Origin: a virus
Lineage: Duplodnaviria; Caudoviricetes
IMG/VR virus record: IMGVR_UViG_3300043172_000883
Location: 1-63,607 of that record
Length of the DNA: 63,607 nucleotides
Direction: 5' to 3' (one strand)
In this document: in pieces, positions 30,123 to 41,267 of the stretch
Layout: each line of letters opens with the position of its first letter
Position numbering within the stretch: the stretch's first letter is position 1
Position numbers and translations under genes: made by a program
Notes under the pieces: generated by a model
Databases searched by the model: none
Seen by the model: the letters and a program-made list of their open reading frames with translations, nothing else
What the model was told of the DNA's origin: nothing

Positions 30123-30529
30123 CATCCACCATAGTCTGTGGAACTTCCACACCAACACTTAATTTATCAGTTAAAACAGCCATTGATTATAATCATAAGC
30201 GAAGTGCTATGAATTCAAAGAATTTTGGTGGTAAAGAGGGGCCTGGCAAGGCAAGATCAAGTGGAAGAACCATTGGTACTTTGCAATTTTCATTTATTTT
30301 GACTACCGATACGGTAAGTAGTGCGGTGGTAAAACTGGGACCATTTGCCATCTACGTACGCGACGATCAGAAAGAGACTGTAACCGTAACGCTAGATCTT
30401 GGTGATGATGATTTGATATTTACCGGAATAATCACTGATATTGATGATACTGGTGTTGCTGGTGAGGTTGTGACTAAAATACCAGTAACCATGAGTATGG
30501 ATATAATCTCGGAGATTTGGCCAATATGA
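30119..30529 (+). CDS. Putative distal tail protein
   Basis: Small beta-rich ORF right after the tape measure gene. Confidence 0.5.
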   Translation: MTSTIVCGTSTPTLNLSVKTAIDYNHKRSAMNSKNFGGKEGPGKARSSGRTIGTLQFSFILTTDTVSSAVVKLGPFAIYVRDDQKETVTVTLDLGDDDLIFTGIITDIDDTGVAGEVVTKIPVTMSMDIISEIWPI

Positions 30530-32106
30530 GCTTACAATTCCTTATTGATGATGTGGACTACACCGCCGATTTTCTTGATGGTAATATCGCTATGAATGCA
30601 AATTTCAAAAACACCTTTGCTACCCTTAAATTCATCGATGATGTTGATGATACGCTAATAAAATCAGTGGTTGAATTCAAAACTGATATAAAAATTTATG
30701 AAACATCGGTGTTAAAATTCAGAGGTTTGATCCAAGATGTTGATCCAAGCGAAGAAAAAGAAATTACGCTTTATTGCCCAGATTATTCATTCCATTTATC
30801 AAAAAAAGGAATTGATGCTTACAATGCCAGTAATCAAACTGCCAGCACCATAGTTAGCGATTTGGTAACAACTTATGGTGATGGTATAGTTATCGAGAGT
30901 TCCAGTATTGCCACAACCACTAGAACGTATGATCGTATTTGGCGAGGGTATACACCCATGGAGATAATTCAATGGTTGGCTATCCAGGAAATACATAATA
31001 CCTGGGTAGATAAGGATAGGGTGCTTTGGTTCCAACCACATGGCTATAATGATTTGGGGGTTACGCTCACCGATGGTGAAGAAATCGATTCATATAATTT
31101 TCCCATTATTGGGAATAAAGTCCGAAATAGGGTTTTGGTTATAGGAAGAGGAGCACAACCTGATAGCTCAGGTATTGCCGAGTTGGTCCGTGATAGTGTT
31201 AGTATGGGCGATTATGAAGAACACTACATGCGACATGAGGATAATACCATAATAACTTCAGATCAAGCAATCGAAGTGGGAAATGAAATATTGTTACGGT
31301 TGGCTAATCCCACACAACCAGGCGAGGCAAGTCTTGAGCCTGATTGGAATTATGCACAAGGAGACATATTGCGTTTAACGATACCACAACATGATTTTGT
31401 GGCAAAACAATTTGTTATCCTCGGATTAATACAAGAACTTGAAAACCAACAAACACATGTAAGTTTGGTTAATTTTACCGATTACAATAGTGAATCCATA
31501 GCCAACCTATTTGCTGATATGAGGAATATTAAACAGCGATTTCAAGATATAGCGACCCCTATCAGTTCTAACGAGCAGTGGTATGAGGAAATCGTTATGG
31601 AGGTGTTTGCTACTGTTGAAAAACAATCAATCAGAAGGTGGAATGAAGGTAAATGGAATACGGGTGCTGTATGGAATGAACAAAGTCCAATATGGACAAC
31701 GGAGATAGATGATGAACAGATGGTAATAACAACATTAGGATTACAAAGAGCCAGAGACAGATATATTGGGATTGCATCAGATCCTATGGATGCGGCCACA
31801 GCCAGGATTGCATTTGGTGATGGGACCACACCCGCAACGGTGGGTGATACAGCCCTTGAAAATGAGATTATTCGTAAGGATATGGATAGTGGGTTTCCAC
31901 GTGTGGGTACTGGAGCTGCCGAGAGCGAACATCAAGTTAGTATGGATGATAGTGATATTGTTGACGACACTTTCAATGAGCTTGGCATATTAGATGATGA
32001 TCCGGCGGGTGAATTGCTTGCCAGAGTAGTCACTGCTAGTGCATTCAATAAATCAGCGGATTCACAGCTTCGTGCTAGGATGCGAACAAACTTTAAACAG
32101 GTGTAA
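30517..32106 (+). CDS. Baseplate hub/tail-associated protein
   Basis: KFRGLIQDV, WVDKDRVLWFQP, VRNRVLVIG, GDILRL; position in the tail module. Confidence 0.7.
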   Translation: MANMSLQFLIDDVDYTADFLDGNIAMNANFKNTFATLKFIDDVDDTLIKSVVEFKTDIKIYETSVLKFRGLIQDVDPSEEKEITLYCPDYSFHLSKKGIDAYNASNQTASTIVSDLVTTYGDGIVIESSSIATTTRTYDRIWRGYTPMEIIQWLAIQEIHNTWVDKDRVLWFQPHGYNDLGVTLTDGEEIDSYNFPIIGNKVRNRVLVIGRGAQPDSSGIAELVRDSVSMGDYEEHYMRHEDNTIITSDQAIEVGNEILLRLANPTQPGEASLEPDWNYAQGDILRLTIPQHDFVAKQFVILGLIQELENQQTHVSLVNFTDYNSESIANLFADMRNIKQRFQDIATPISSNEQWYEEIVMEVFATVEKQSIRRWNEGKWNTGAVWNEQSPIWTTEIDDEQMVITTLGLQRARDRYIGIASDPMDAATARIAFGDGTTPATVGDTALENEIIRKDMDSGFPRVGTGAAESEHQVSMDDSDIVDDTFNELGILDDDPAGELLARVVTASAFNKSADSQLRARMRTNFKQV

Positions 32107-32109
32107 ATT

Positions 32110-33273
32110 GTGTCGGTTGTCGGTGGTAATGGTGATTATGATCCTGATTGGGATGGATTCAGTAATGTCAGCGGTGATCTACATGGATGGATGGATCCAG
32201 TGGATGGTAGCTCGCGAGGAGCTAAATATAAGATCATTGATGGTCTAGCACATATGTTCTGTGAAAGTGGAGCCTATGGAGCCAGTTGGGCAGATATAGC
32301 CAGTCACTTACCAGCAAATCCTAAACCTGGTCGAACGGTTTTGAGAGTAAACACCGATGAATCAAACGCGGAAAGGCTTTATGTGTATAATGGCGAAACG
32401 ACATCATGGAAATATTTTGATACGCTAGGTGGTGGTGTTACAGACCATCCTTCATTAACTGACAAGAACACTGAAGCTGATATCCAGCACCTCACCGCTG
32501 CACAAGTTGGAGCTTTACATGAAATCTATGTACATCCTACCTCAGATATTAATCATCTCACTGATTCAGAATATGGGGATTTACATTCAATCTATGTACA
32601 TCCCACATCAAACGTAAATCATTTAACAGATATAGAATATGGAGATTTACATGAAAAATGGACGACAGGCAACACAGAAACCGTGATAACAGCAGAATTG
32701 GCAAATGATCAATCTATCGATAATGCTATTGATGGTTTGATCACAACACATAAAAATATTTCAACTGCTCATCATACGAAATACACGGATAATGAAGCAA
32801 AAGCCGCAATAAGAGCAGCCAAATTAGAAGAAGTAGAGGGTAGATTTCCATCGGTACAAGTTGGCAATGGTGCGAGTATACAAGGATACAATAGTCTGTC
32901 TGTAATAAGAATGCCCAACAACGACGCTGATTGCTATTTCAGATTTAATCAGAGAATACCTCGACATTTTGACGATGGTAATATCACTATTAAATTCTTA
33001 TATAGATTATCGTCTGCCAATTTATATAATGTAAAATGGAATATTGATTCTGTTGATAGAATAATCGGAGAACAACTTTCTACTACTCTGAAAAACATAT
33101 TGAATGTATCCACAGCTTATGATTTTCCTGCCGCTACAGCTAATACATGGCGAATACATACTATGAATCTCACTGATGCTGATTTACATGCTGGAGATTT
33201 ATTGGGAATCCAGTGTCTATCTGATGCGAGTAATACAGCGACGTTAGATATATTCGAGATATGGTTGGAGTGA
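32110..33273 (+). CDS. Tail fibre/receptor-binding protein
   Basis: His-containing fibre repeats (HLT, AHHTKYT) and a C-terminal beta domain. Confidence 0.65.
   Translation: MSVVGGNGDYDPDWDGFSNVSGDLHGWMDPVDGSSRGAKYKIIDGLAHMFCESGAYGASWADIASHLPANPKPGRTVLRVNTDESNAERLYVYNGETTSWKYFDTLGGGVTDHPSLTDKNTEADIQHLTAAQVGALHEIYVHPTSDINHLTDSEYGDLHSIYVHPTSNVNHLTDIEYGDLHEKWTTGNTETVITAELANDQSIDNAIDGLITTHKNISTAHHTKYTDNEAKAAIRAAKLEEVEGRFPSVQVGNGASIQGYNSLSVIRMPNNDADCYFRFNQRIPRHFDDGNITIKFLYRLSSANLYNVKWNIDSVDRIIGEQLSTTLKNILNVSTAYDFPAATANTWRIHTMNLTDADLHAGDLLGIQCLSDASNTATLDIFEIWLE
32515..32655 (+). repeat. 66-bp coding tandem repeat (~2.1 copies; LHxIYVHPTSxxNHLTDxEYGD)
   Basis: Units start at 32515 and 32581. Confidence 0.85.
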
Positions 33274-33471
33274 TAAAAATGAAGTACGAAGGAGAAATAC
33301 TTGGCTTTCATTATATGAAAGAATTTGAGACAAAAGAAGAATTTGAACAATGGTTGGAAGCCAAATTAATCAAATATCGATTCAAAAACATGGAATTAAA
33401 AATGATGCGTAAAATATTAGGTATTGACGATTTAGAACAACGTATAAAAGATTTGGAGTTGAAATAATGGT

Positions 33472-33828
33472 ATGGATAATGAGGTTAAAATTATGAGTAA
33501 GAAGAAATTACAAAATAAATTGATAAAGATACAGGAAGATAGGCTACTACCACCAAAGAATGATGGTAGGATACCACTTAACGAGGCAACCCATGAGGAT
33601 TTGCTTAGTGTCATAAATAGTGTTATCGATAAGGTTCGAGGCCAAGCGAATACCAATAATGCAGCGCATATTGATTTGGATGCCAAAGTTCAATCGCTTA
33701 GCAGAAATATTAAACGTGATGAGCAGCGGATCAACAGCCTTACAGCAAAGATGAAGGAGCAAGATAAATTAATTGATGATATCTTGAAATTCATATTACC
33801 AAAGAAGGAGACTGAATCTGATGGATAA
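33472..33828 (+). CDS. Coiled-coil hypothetical protein
   Basis: Heptad pattern. Confidence 0.5.
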   Translation: MDNEVKIMSKKKLQNKLIKIQEDRLLPPKNDGRIPLNEATHEDLLSVINSVIDKVRGQANTNNAAHIDLDAKVQSLSRNIKRDEQRINSLTAKMKEQDKLIDDILKFILPKKETESDG

Positions 33829-33891
33829 GTCGATTATGTGGAAAGAATTGGGTTATCTGGTTGCCGAGGATCCCGTAGAGGAGGTTAAATT

Positions 33892-34938
33892 ATGACCTGG
33901 CCAGATGGTGGTCAGCAATTATTGATTGGTGGATTTTATTCCGCGGGCCCAGGCAATGATACACCGTTCAGTGAGCAAATAAATTCTATGATCATGGCTA
34001 TGCGTGGAAACTATGTGGTCAGTGCTTGTGCTCCAACTATAGGTGCGAATACTGATTTATCAGTGGCTGATAATCATTTGGCAGTTGCCAGTGGGACCAT
34101 TCATGTGAATAGTACAAGTGTGGTTGTCACTGGTGCAAGTATTGATCTTAATGCCGCGTGGGCAACGCTGAGCAGTGCCGTGGATGATCAATCATGCTAT
34201 GTATTGATCTACATCAATAGTTCTGGAACTATTAGTACATTACAAGGATCCAATGCAACTGATGGAGAACAAGAACCACCAGAAACACCGCAAGATGTTG
34301 CCGTGATTGCCCTGGTTTATCTCAACTATGCAGATAGTACATTCGATACAAATGATTTTGCAGACTGGCGTTTCTTTGCACCAGATGGAATATTAAAATT
34401 AGGGGGCGTCTTAGTTACCGCTACGGGGGATGAGCTTAATTATGTAGATGGTGTTACATCTGCAATTCAAACACAGCTTGACGCTATCACTGGTAATTTA
34501 GCAATTGGATCTGGAAATGCTCAATGGGAAAATTGTAGTTATAACCACGCTCCACATATTAATCTTGAAAGATCGGGAATGTGGTATTCAAATTCAACGA
34601 ATAGCACTGATATATTTATGTCTTTCACATTACCATTACCTACGACAAGAAACGGTTTATCGTTATTTGTCGAAGAGGTTGGGGTTTCAGTTAAGGCTGC
34701 CGATGCTAGTTATTACATAAATAGTTTAATAGTATATGGTTTGAAGGCTAGTTCTGAAGATCAAAACATTATCCCTTCAAGTGATCAAAAATCACAAGGG
34801 GAGCTTGAAGTAGCATTTACAGCAATTGATTTTTCAGCGTATAAATGGGTTGTAATTGAAATTTGGGTTGTAGTAGGAGGAGCAGCCGCTGACCAAGTAA
34901 AATGGGGAACTCCTCGTTTGAAATATTATTATGCTTAG
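33892..34938 (+). CDS. Second putative tail fibre/adhesin
   Basis: LAVASGTI, ELNYVDGVTSAIQTQLD fibre-type motif, C-terminal beta domain. Confidence 0.65.
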   Translation: MTWPDGGQQLLIGGFYSAGPGNDTPFSEQINSMIMAMRGNYVVSACAPTIGANTDLSVADNHLAVASGTIHVNSTSVVVTGASIDLNAAWATLSSAVDDQSCYVLIYINSSGTISTLQGSNATDGEQEPPETPQDVAVIALVYLNYADSTFDTNDFADWRFFAPDGILKLGGVLVTATGDELNYVDGVTSAIQTQLDAITGNLAIGSGNAQWENCSYNHAPHINLERSGMWYSNSTNSTDIFMSFTLPLPTTRNGLSLFVEEVGVSVKAADASYYINSLIVYGLKASSEDQNIIPSSDQKSQGELEVAFTAIDFSAYKWVVIEIWVVVGGAAADQVKWGTPRLKYYYA

Positions 34939-35172
34939 GAGCTGAATAACTGTGGGTGATGATGGAGACTACGAATGAGGACTAAAATTAATAATTACAT
35001 ACTAAATATTATGATTGGAATATGTATTTCATTAATAATATTTATTTTACTTTTACTAATTAGTCCTTTTTCACTACTAATTATTTTATTAATATCTGTA
35101 ATAGATAGTATTACAATTACTAAATATCTAATAATTAAAATAAATGAAATAAATATAAAAATTTATGGTGAC

Positions 35173-36066
35173 TTATATCCCAGAATTAATAATATCTGAT
35201 ATTGTTGATTTGCTTATACTTACATTATAGGTAATCGCCAGATGGACTTCTATTTTGCGATAACTCATGGTTTTTGATAATTCAATGATTTCGCTTTCAT
35301 ATTTTGCATTTCTCCGTTGTTTTGGTCCAGGTCTTTGGTTTTTAATTCCTGCTTTTATCCGAATTTGATGGTAATAGTAGCTTGATACTGGTCTTTTAAC
35401 AGTGTCACAAATTTCGCGGACCGTTCTCCGAAATTTATATTTTAATTTACGCTCGCGATTGATAATGTTCTCTAGATTTGGGGCATACCCGTCCAGTAAT
35501 TCGTTGGAATATTCCCTGGTATTTCGTGAATCGTCCTTTTTACCGCTTAATATTTTTTTATTATTGTGCAAATGTTCTATTTTGCCTATACAATCATTAC
35601 AAGCCAGTCTCACCGTTTTATTCCATTGGCGTACCCCTTTCTGGTTACTGACAAAATTTTTTAACTCAAAATTATCACCATTGGTGAATGTTTGGACATC
35701 CCCTATATAACTATGATATAAATAAATGGAAGTGAAAAGTAAATGTGGTGATGGATATTTGAATTCAAGTAGCGTATGTTTACCCATGATATACGGTATG
35801 TGTTTGTAGCGATGATCTATCGATATTTCTATACCAAAATAATCGCAGAAATCATCAATCACCATGATAATATCCTTGATTTTCTTTGGATCATAAATCA
35901 CAAATAATCCAAGCGAGCTGGATCCATCACTGTAATTTTCTAGTTTGTTCTCCCTGATATATTCCTCATAAACCTGGTCTATCACCACTGCACACTTGCG
36001 ACAGACCACATCACTAAGGGTCCAAGTAGGTGATGATTTGTTGCAATCGCATTGTCTCACAAGCAA
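35173..36066 (-). CDS. TFIIB/TFB-like Zn-ribbon protein with C-terminal HTH; putative transcription factor
   Basis: CDC...DVVCRKCAVVID at the N-terminus; MSYRKIE...SISKSTISDI at the C-terminus. Confidence 0.55.
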   Translation of the reverse strand: MLVRQCDCNKSSPTWTLSDVVCRKCAVVIDQVYEEYIRENKLENYSDGSSSLGLFVIYDPKKIKDIIMVIDDFCDYFGIEISIDHRYKHIPYIMGKHTLLEFKYPSPHLLFTSIYLYHSYIGDVQTFTNGDNFELKNFVSNQKGVRQWNKTVRLACNDCIGKIEHLHNNKKILSGKKDDSRNTREYSNELLDGYAPNLENIINRERKLKYKFRRTVREICDTVKRPVSSYYYHQIRIKAGIKNQRPGPKQRRNAKYESEIIELSKTMSYRKIEVHLAITYNVSISKSTISDIINSGI

Positions 36067-36094
36067 TAATATACGTACTTCTTATTTTAAGTTT

Positions 36095-36457
36095 TCATCC
36101 GTACAATAGCTTAATCGCATGTATGACCGCATTAACTATGTAGCGATCTCGTTTCTTCGCTCCAGTGCATCGTTCATCAATCAGTCCTGCATATGGGATA
36201 TGTGGATTGTCCTCTAGATCTTTAAGAAATTCATCGATATTGTCTGGCAATTTCTTCCTGGGTTTACGTTTCACTTTTGGTTTGGGAATTGTGCTCTGTA
36301 ATATTTTCTGTTGTTTTTCATATGCTTGTTTCCATCGTGAATAAGCACTCTCAACAGATCGTTGATTAGTATGGTGTAGCAAGGCATGGATCTCATACCA
36401 TTCCTTGCCTTCTTTCTCTTTTAGCTGGTAAATCTTAGGGAAATCATATTTCGCCAT
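36095..36457 (-). CDS. Putative HTH DNA-binding protein
   Basis: LKEKEGKEWYEIH...SVESAYSRWK; basic; own TATA box at ~36479-36486. Confidence 0.5.
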   Translation of the reverse strand: MAKYDFPKIYQLKEKEGKEWYEIHALLHHTNQRSVESAYSRWKQAYEKQQKILQSTIPKPKVKRKPRKKLPDNIDEFLKDLEDNPHIPYAGLIDERCTGAKKRDRYIVNAVIHAIKLLYG

Positions 36458-36487
36458 GATATACCATGGTATAAACGATTATAAAAA

Positions 36488-36546
36488 TGTTGATTATTGT
36501 TGATGTTCTGTTGATCTTTTGTTGATTTGGTGTTGACAAATGTTGA
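36488..36546. promoter_or_regulatory. Six helically phased TGTTGA repeats (operator/iteron array)
   Basis: TGTTGA at 36488, 36498, 36509, 36520, 36531, 36541 (spacing 10-11 bp). Confidence 0.8.
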
Positions 36547-36549
36547 CAT

Positions 36550-37014
36550 TCAAAATATGTACTTGGTTAAATTTGTTGGTGCTGACTTTGCCCTTCTATA
36601 ATTATTGAAGGAGAAGTTACATAGTCTACATTCCATCTCGTTTGGAACCCATACCTTCCCATTCAATGCAGCCAACCAGTGTTTGTCTATATAGATGGTA
36701 TTGGGTTGGCTTGGATGTTCTATGTCAATTGATAACATTACTTTGCCAGCGGTGTTAATGGCTGCTTTTAGAACTTCAAATGGATATTGAATGATTCTGC
36801 AACTGGAGGTAAAAATCTGAACGGATGGTCCGCGAGTAAATCCAACGCATAGGATCCTACGTAGATGGCCATCATTGATCAGTTCAGTTACATATGGGGC
36901 AATAGTTTGTCTTGTAACTCCTAGCTCGTCTGCGATGATCTGTGTGGTCCAGGCATCTTGTCTGGAATGTGTTCGATCCATAATATATTGGATGGTAGCA
37001 TCTTTGGCCATCAT
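36550..37014 (-). CDS. Winged-helix transcription regulator
   Basis: WTTQIIADELGVTRQTIAPYVTELINDGHL. Confidence 0.8.
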   Translation of the reverse strand: MMAKDATIQYIMDRTHSRQDAWTTQIIADELGVTRQTIAPYVTELINDGHLRRILCVGFTRGPSVQIFTSSCRIIQYPFEVLKAAINTAGKVMLSIDIEHPSQPNTIYIDKHWLAALNGKVWVPNEMECRLCNFSFNNYRRAKSAPTNLTKYIF

Positions 37015-37521
37015 TTTTCATCCTTTTCCTTAGCGTCGAATTTATCCAGTTCTTCTTTGATGTCCCATGCAAGTTGCTGAGCTGCATTGAATATTCTACC
37101 ACCATGACCACGTATGGGATTATCTTTAGCTGTACTAGAAACAGCGGTGGACCCCTTGCTACGTGGGACCACATGTACCTGATTTACATGGAAGCTAATC
37201 TCGTATCGATATCCCATAATCTTGGCTGCGTATGGGTGATTCTCATCGATGGCTTTGATGATCTTACGCATGGTCCTGCTAGTTACCATGTTTAGGGCCT
37301 CCTGCTAATTTCCCATAGAGCCTTTTCCATTCTCTCCAATATTTCACCGATGTAATCAACGCCAAGCATCCTACCATCTTTTACCATATGATAATGATGA
37401 TGGGTTTCTGCTCTAGATGATTTATGCAAGGTGATTACATCAACCCTCCATCCGTCATCTTCAAGGATTTGGATTTCTTTTAAGGCATCTAAATCGTGGT
37501 TAATAACAGTAATTATTGTCC

Positions 37522-37902
37522 TCATTTCTTCTCCTCCAGCCAATCAGAGACACATTTCGTGCATACTGTCTTGCCAGGATGCTTATCCGTGTACAAAATG
37601 GTCCTATCAAATGTACAGCACATATTACCACATTTGAAACAGATATCCTCTCCATATTTATCGCTATCACGACCACAGATATGACAAGAGGTTTGTTCGT
37701 ATACTCTACCAGTATCCTCATTTCTTACGGTTTTTCTGACTTTGACGATGGTTTCAATAGGTTCAGCGGTTAGGATATTAACAACTCTGTCAGCCAGGTC
37801 CTCAGTTAATCCAATTCCACAATTTGAACAATATTTCTCTCCAGAAATTAATTCATTGATTGGTGATCTGCAACATTCACTCTTTTCTTTGGTTTGAACC
37901 AT
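37522..37902 (-). CDS. Multi-Zn-ribbon protein
   Basis: GEKYCSNCG plus further CxxC pairs. Confidence 0.65.
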   Translation of the reverse strand: MVQTKEKSECCRSPINELISGEKYCSNCGIGLTEDLADRVVNILTAEPIETIVKVRKTVRNEDTGRVYEQTSCHICGRDSDKYGEDICFKCGNMCCTFDRTILYTDKHPGKTVCTKCVSDWLEEKK

Positions 37903-39608
37903 TCTAGTTGTCCTCCTTTAATGCTTCTTCTAAATCACACAGATGCCATACACATATTTTATCATCTCGGTGGGTGATAGTGCCACAGTGCAAACAATAA
38001 TTATGTTTTTCTAATAAAACAAGGCGGCCTTCGATAAAAGCATAAACAGGATAGGTCTTGCTATCTATAGGGTGAGTGTTATCGGTTGGCATTCTAGTTG
38101 CCTCCCTCATAGCATTCAAAACATAATTGGCTATCATCCGTTACGTTAGGATTATCCTCTGTGAAGGCTCTAAGACATTCATTGCATGTCCAGTACCATA
38201 GATCATTATGATATTCCATAATCATAGCATTCAGTTCCATTCGTTCATTGTGTTGAATGATGGATAAATTTTTAAAAAAGCCCATTCTTAATCACTCCTC
38301 GCAAATGCGTACCATTTCCCTAGTTCTGGTACATGTGCTTTCATTGTATTGGTTCTACCAACTAGATCAAGGATGGCAAATATCTTACCCATGTAATAAG
38401 CATACATGGGCATTTTGTACTGGGTACGAGCCTTCATGGCTTTATCATTATATTTGATCAGTAGCCTCACGGAATGGTTTGGTTTCTCGGTTTTACGCTG
38501 GCATCCTGCACACAATTGGTGTGCGATTGGTATTGTAGTGCCAAAGGTTCCTCCACAGTCATCGCAATTTACCATGGTTACTTTGCTATCCTTTTTCTCG
38601 GCTCCCTGCTCATCAATTCTCAGGTTTTCATAATGTTGTTCATCTTCATGTGACATTCTAATTATCCTCCCTTCTCCTAAGCTCATCAAAGACCAATTCC
38701 TTTTGGGCGTTGGTCTTGGCCCTATCATGCTTCATTCCTCCATATCCTCCGCTCGATAGGGCTTTTAGGTTTTCCAATACCATTCTAAGGTAACGGGTTG
38801 GTACTTTCTCAAGTGAGAAAGGTAGTAATGGTTCCTCTTTCTTTCTCATAACTCGGTGTCCTAATTGCTGTTCATGGATAACTGCGGCCTCTTGATCCAT
38901 ATGGGTCTCAGGACAATCAGTACAGTAGAAGTAATCCCCTTTCTCTACCATCTTATTAAATTCACATGTGCATGACTTGTAGCCTTCTTCTCCCCAATTA
39001 AGTTTGCACTCTTTGGGGTGTTCTTTCTCGGCTTCCAATCTAGTGTCGAAAGGGGGTTCTTGGTTCCCATCTTGGTCCACGTTTGGCATTCTAATTGTCC
39101 TCCTTGGTAGTAATGCAGATTACATACTTGACAACGTCAAAAGTGAGATAAATAACTGAATGCCCTGCTAGAACACTGTCTAAATGCTCTTGGTAAACAG
39201 TGTTAATATCACAAATGACACGGTTATATCTATTGGCATCATGGCCAATCAGCACGTTAATTACTTTCCTGAGTTCGCTTATATCATCTAAATAAACCGT
39301 ATTGGTTACACCTAGGGGGGTGTTGGTGGTATTGATCTTAAGTTCAATACTGGCTTCCTCTTTCGAGGCGGGTATGATTGGTTCGGTTGATTCCATTTTA
39401 GTTGGCCTCCAATTGGATTGTATCTTGCTCCATCATTCTTAGAAGCGTAGCAATGTTATTATTGGGGTACATTTCGTTTGTGGCTTTTAGAAATCCATAG
39501 ATGAAAGCCATCGAGACGTTTTTATTATTCTCTAATAATAGATTCTTGAATGGTCGATCCTCTTTCGAGGCTGTTGGTGAACGATCTTTATTACTACTCA
39601 TTCTAATT
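37900..39608 (-). repeat. Recurrent gene-junction motif GGAGGACAAYTAGAATG between consecutive small ORFs
   Basis: Copies at 37900, 38090, 38654, 39087 and 39394; partial copies at 38283 and 39599. Confidence 0.8.
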
Positions 39609-40421
39609 AAATATAGGGCATGGTCATATATATTACTTTCCTTTACTTTCCGTCTGTTTCTTCAAATTTTCACAAAATATTTTTCCATACTGTAATTCCA
39701 TTAATTTTTCAATGGTATCATATTTTACTAGAACTTGTTTTCCACAATTGGAACAGAATTTATGCTCATCGGTAATAATAGCATTACAGTCTTTGCACTT
39801 CATTTTTTCTTACCCATATCCAGAAGTGGTAACCTGGTATCATTCATCAGATTTCTTATCTTGTCTTTTGGTCCAGTGTACTCGCATCCTGCAAAATCAA
39901 AGTTATTAACAATCATAATTCTGAAAAATAATTCAGCTTCCAAGCGATTACCCACATCAGCCATGATCTGTTTGACAACTCCATTCAACTGTCTCTCAAA
40001 ATTAGCTTTTGTGTCTTTCAGCAATTGCTTCTCATCTCGTATTTTCCTACGTAGTTGACCGATCTTCTTATCGCGTTCGGCAACTAATTTATAGATGTTA
40101 TTGCTCATTTTAAATCCCTAACCCTAAATTTTTCTTTGAGTGGTTTATCCGTGGTTTTAATTATTTCTGGACCTGTATACCCTTCTACGCGTACCCATCT
40201 AGATTTCATCATATGACCACATTGACAAGTTAATGTATTTGGGCGTCCATACATTAGTGTTATGGATCCCTCAAAATCATTTTTACAATCACTGCATTTG
40301 ATTGGAAGTATTTGGATAAAAGTTGGCATAACACCAAGCGGTTCTGGTGTCATAATGAACTCATTTGTACCCTTAAGTTTTTTTTCCAAGTCATTAATCT
40401 TGGATAAATAATCTCCGTATT

Positions 40422-41267
40422 TCATACCATATCCTCATTGGAACTGATTCCATACCCGACCAAGTCAGCTATCGCTCTCGAAATAGCACGTGTGGTGGCT
40501 TTTCCAAGCGCATCATGTGGTGAGTAATACAAGCCATTATCAAAACTAGATACTATGCCCCATTGCTCGGCAAATGCGTTATCCGGCATGGTCACTCGGA
40601 CCTTGACTCGGTATTGCCAATAGATATCATGCGAGTTGTGTTTCTTATCCTTTATGGGCAGTGGTGGCTCAAATCTGTCCAGATGTGTCTCCTTAATAAC
40701 AGTACTTAATCGAAATGCCTGGCCAAGCTTACGGAATCCCGATTTCTTCAGGAATTTCTTAGATCCTATTTGATGCCAATCACTATCGCTTATAATCTCA
40801 TTTTTGATGAAATTAAACATCTTCCACTTATCCATGAAATCAATTTTTGATTCCTCAAATGACATAACGTGCTGTGGTGATAGCATCAATGCCTCCTCAC
40901 TCACTATCTCACCAGTGTATTCTTTAGCATCACTGACGCCCTCATCATAACTCTTTTTCTTAGCAAGAGCTGTTTCAAACATATTACTTTTTTCTGTCAT
41001 TTTTTCACCAACTGCGCCATCTAGTATGGCATCTAAATCTAAGGTCCAGCCCCATTTATCATGTTTAGTTTTTATGGGTAATTCATACTGGATCCCTCTA
41101 ACTAGTTCGAATGGTAGTTTAGTTTCATCCTCATAAAGTTGCAATCTGAATGGTTCTTTTCTGATTTCATCATCATTTACAACTTCCAAGATCTTCCAGA
41201 CAAAGGGTAGGTTTGGTTCTATACGACCTACTACCTCATCAATAATCAGTTTCTCTTTATTACTCAT
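40422..41267 (-). CDS. Single-strand annealing protein (Rad52/Redbeta-like)
   Basis: FLKKSGFRKL...KATTRAISRAIADLVG; next to a nuclease gene. Confidence 0.7.
   Translation of the reverse strand: MSNKEKLIIDEVVGRIEPNLPFVWKILEVVNDDEIRKEPFRLQLYEDETKLPFELVRGIQYELPIKTKHDKWGWTLDLDAILDGAVGEKMTEKSNMFETALAKKKSYDEGVSDAKEYTGEIVSEEALMLSPQHVMSFEESKIDFMDKWKMFNFIKNEIISDSDWHQIGSKKFLKKSGFRKLGQAFRLSTVIKETHLDRFEPPLPIKDKKHNSHDIYWQYRVKVRVTMPDNAFAEQWGIVSSFDNGLYYSPHDALGKATTRAISRAIADLVGYGISSNEDMV

Noticed and set aside
32110-34938. Diversity-generating retroelement acting on fibre genes
   Set aside because: No reverse transcriptase and no adenine-specific TR/VR repeat pair noticed
34975-35199. AT-rich hydrophobic ORF as a holin
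   Set aside because: Very low-complexity AT-rich sequence at the convergence point; may be real but function cannot be supported
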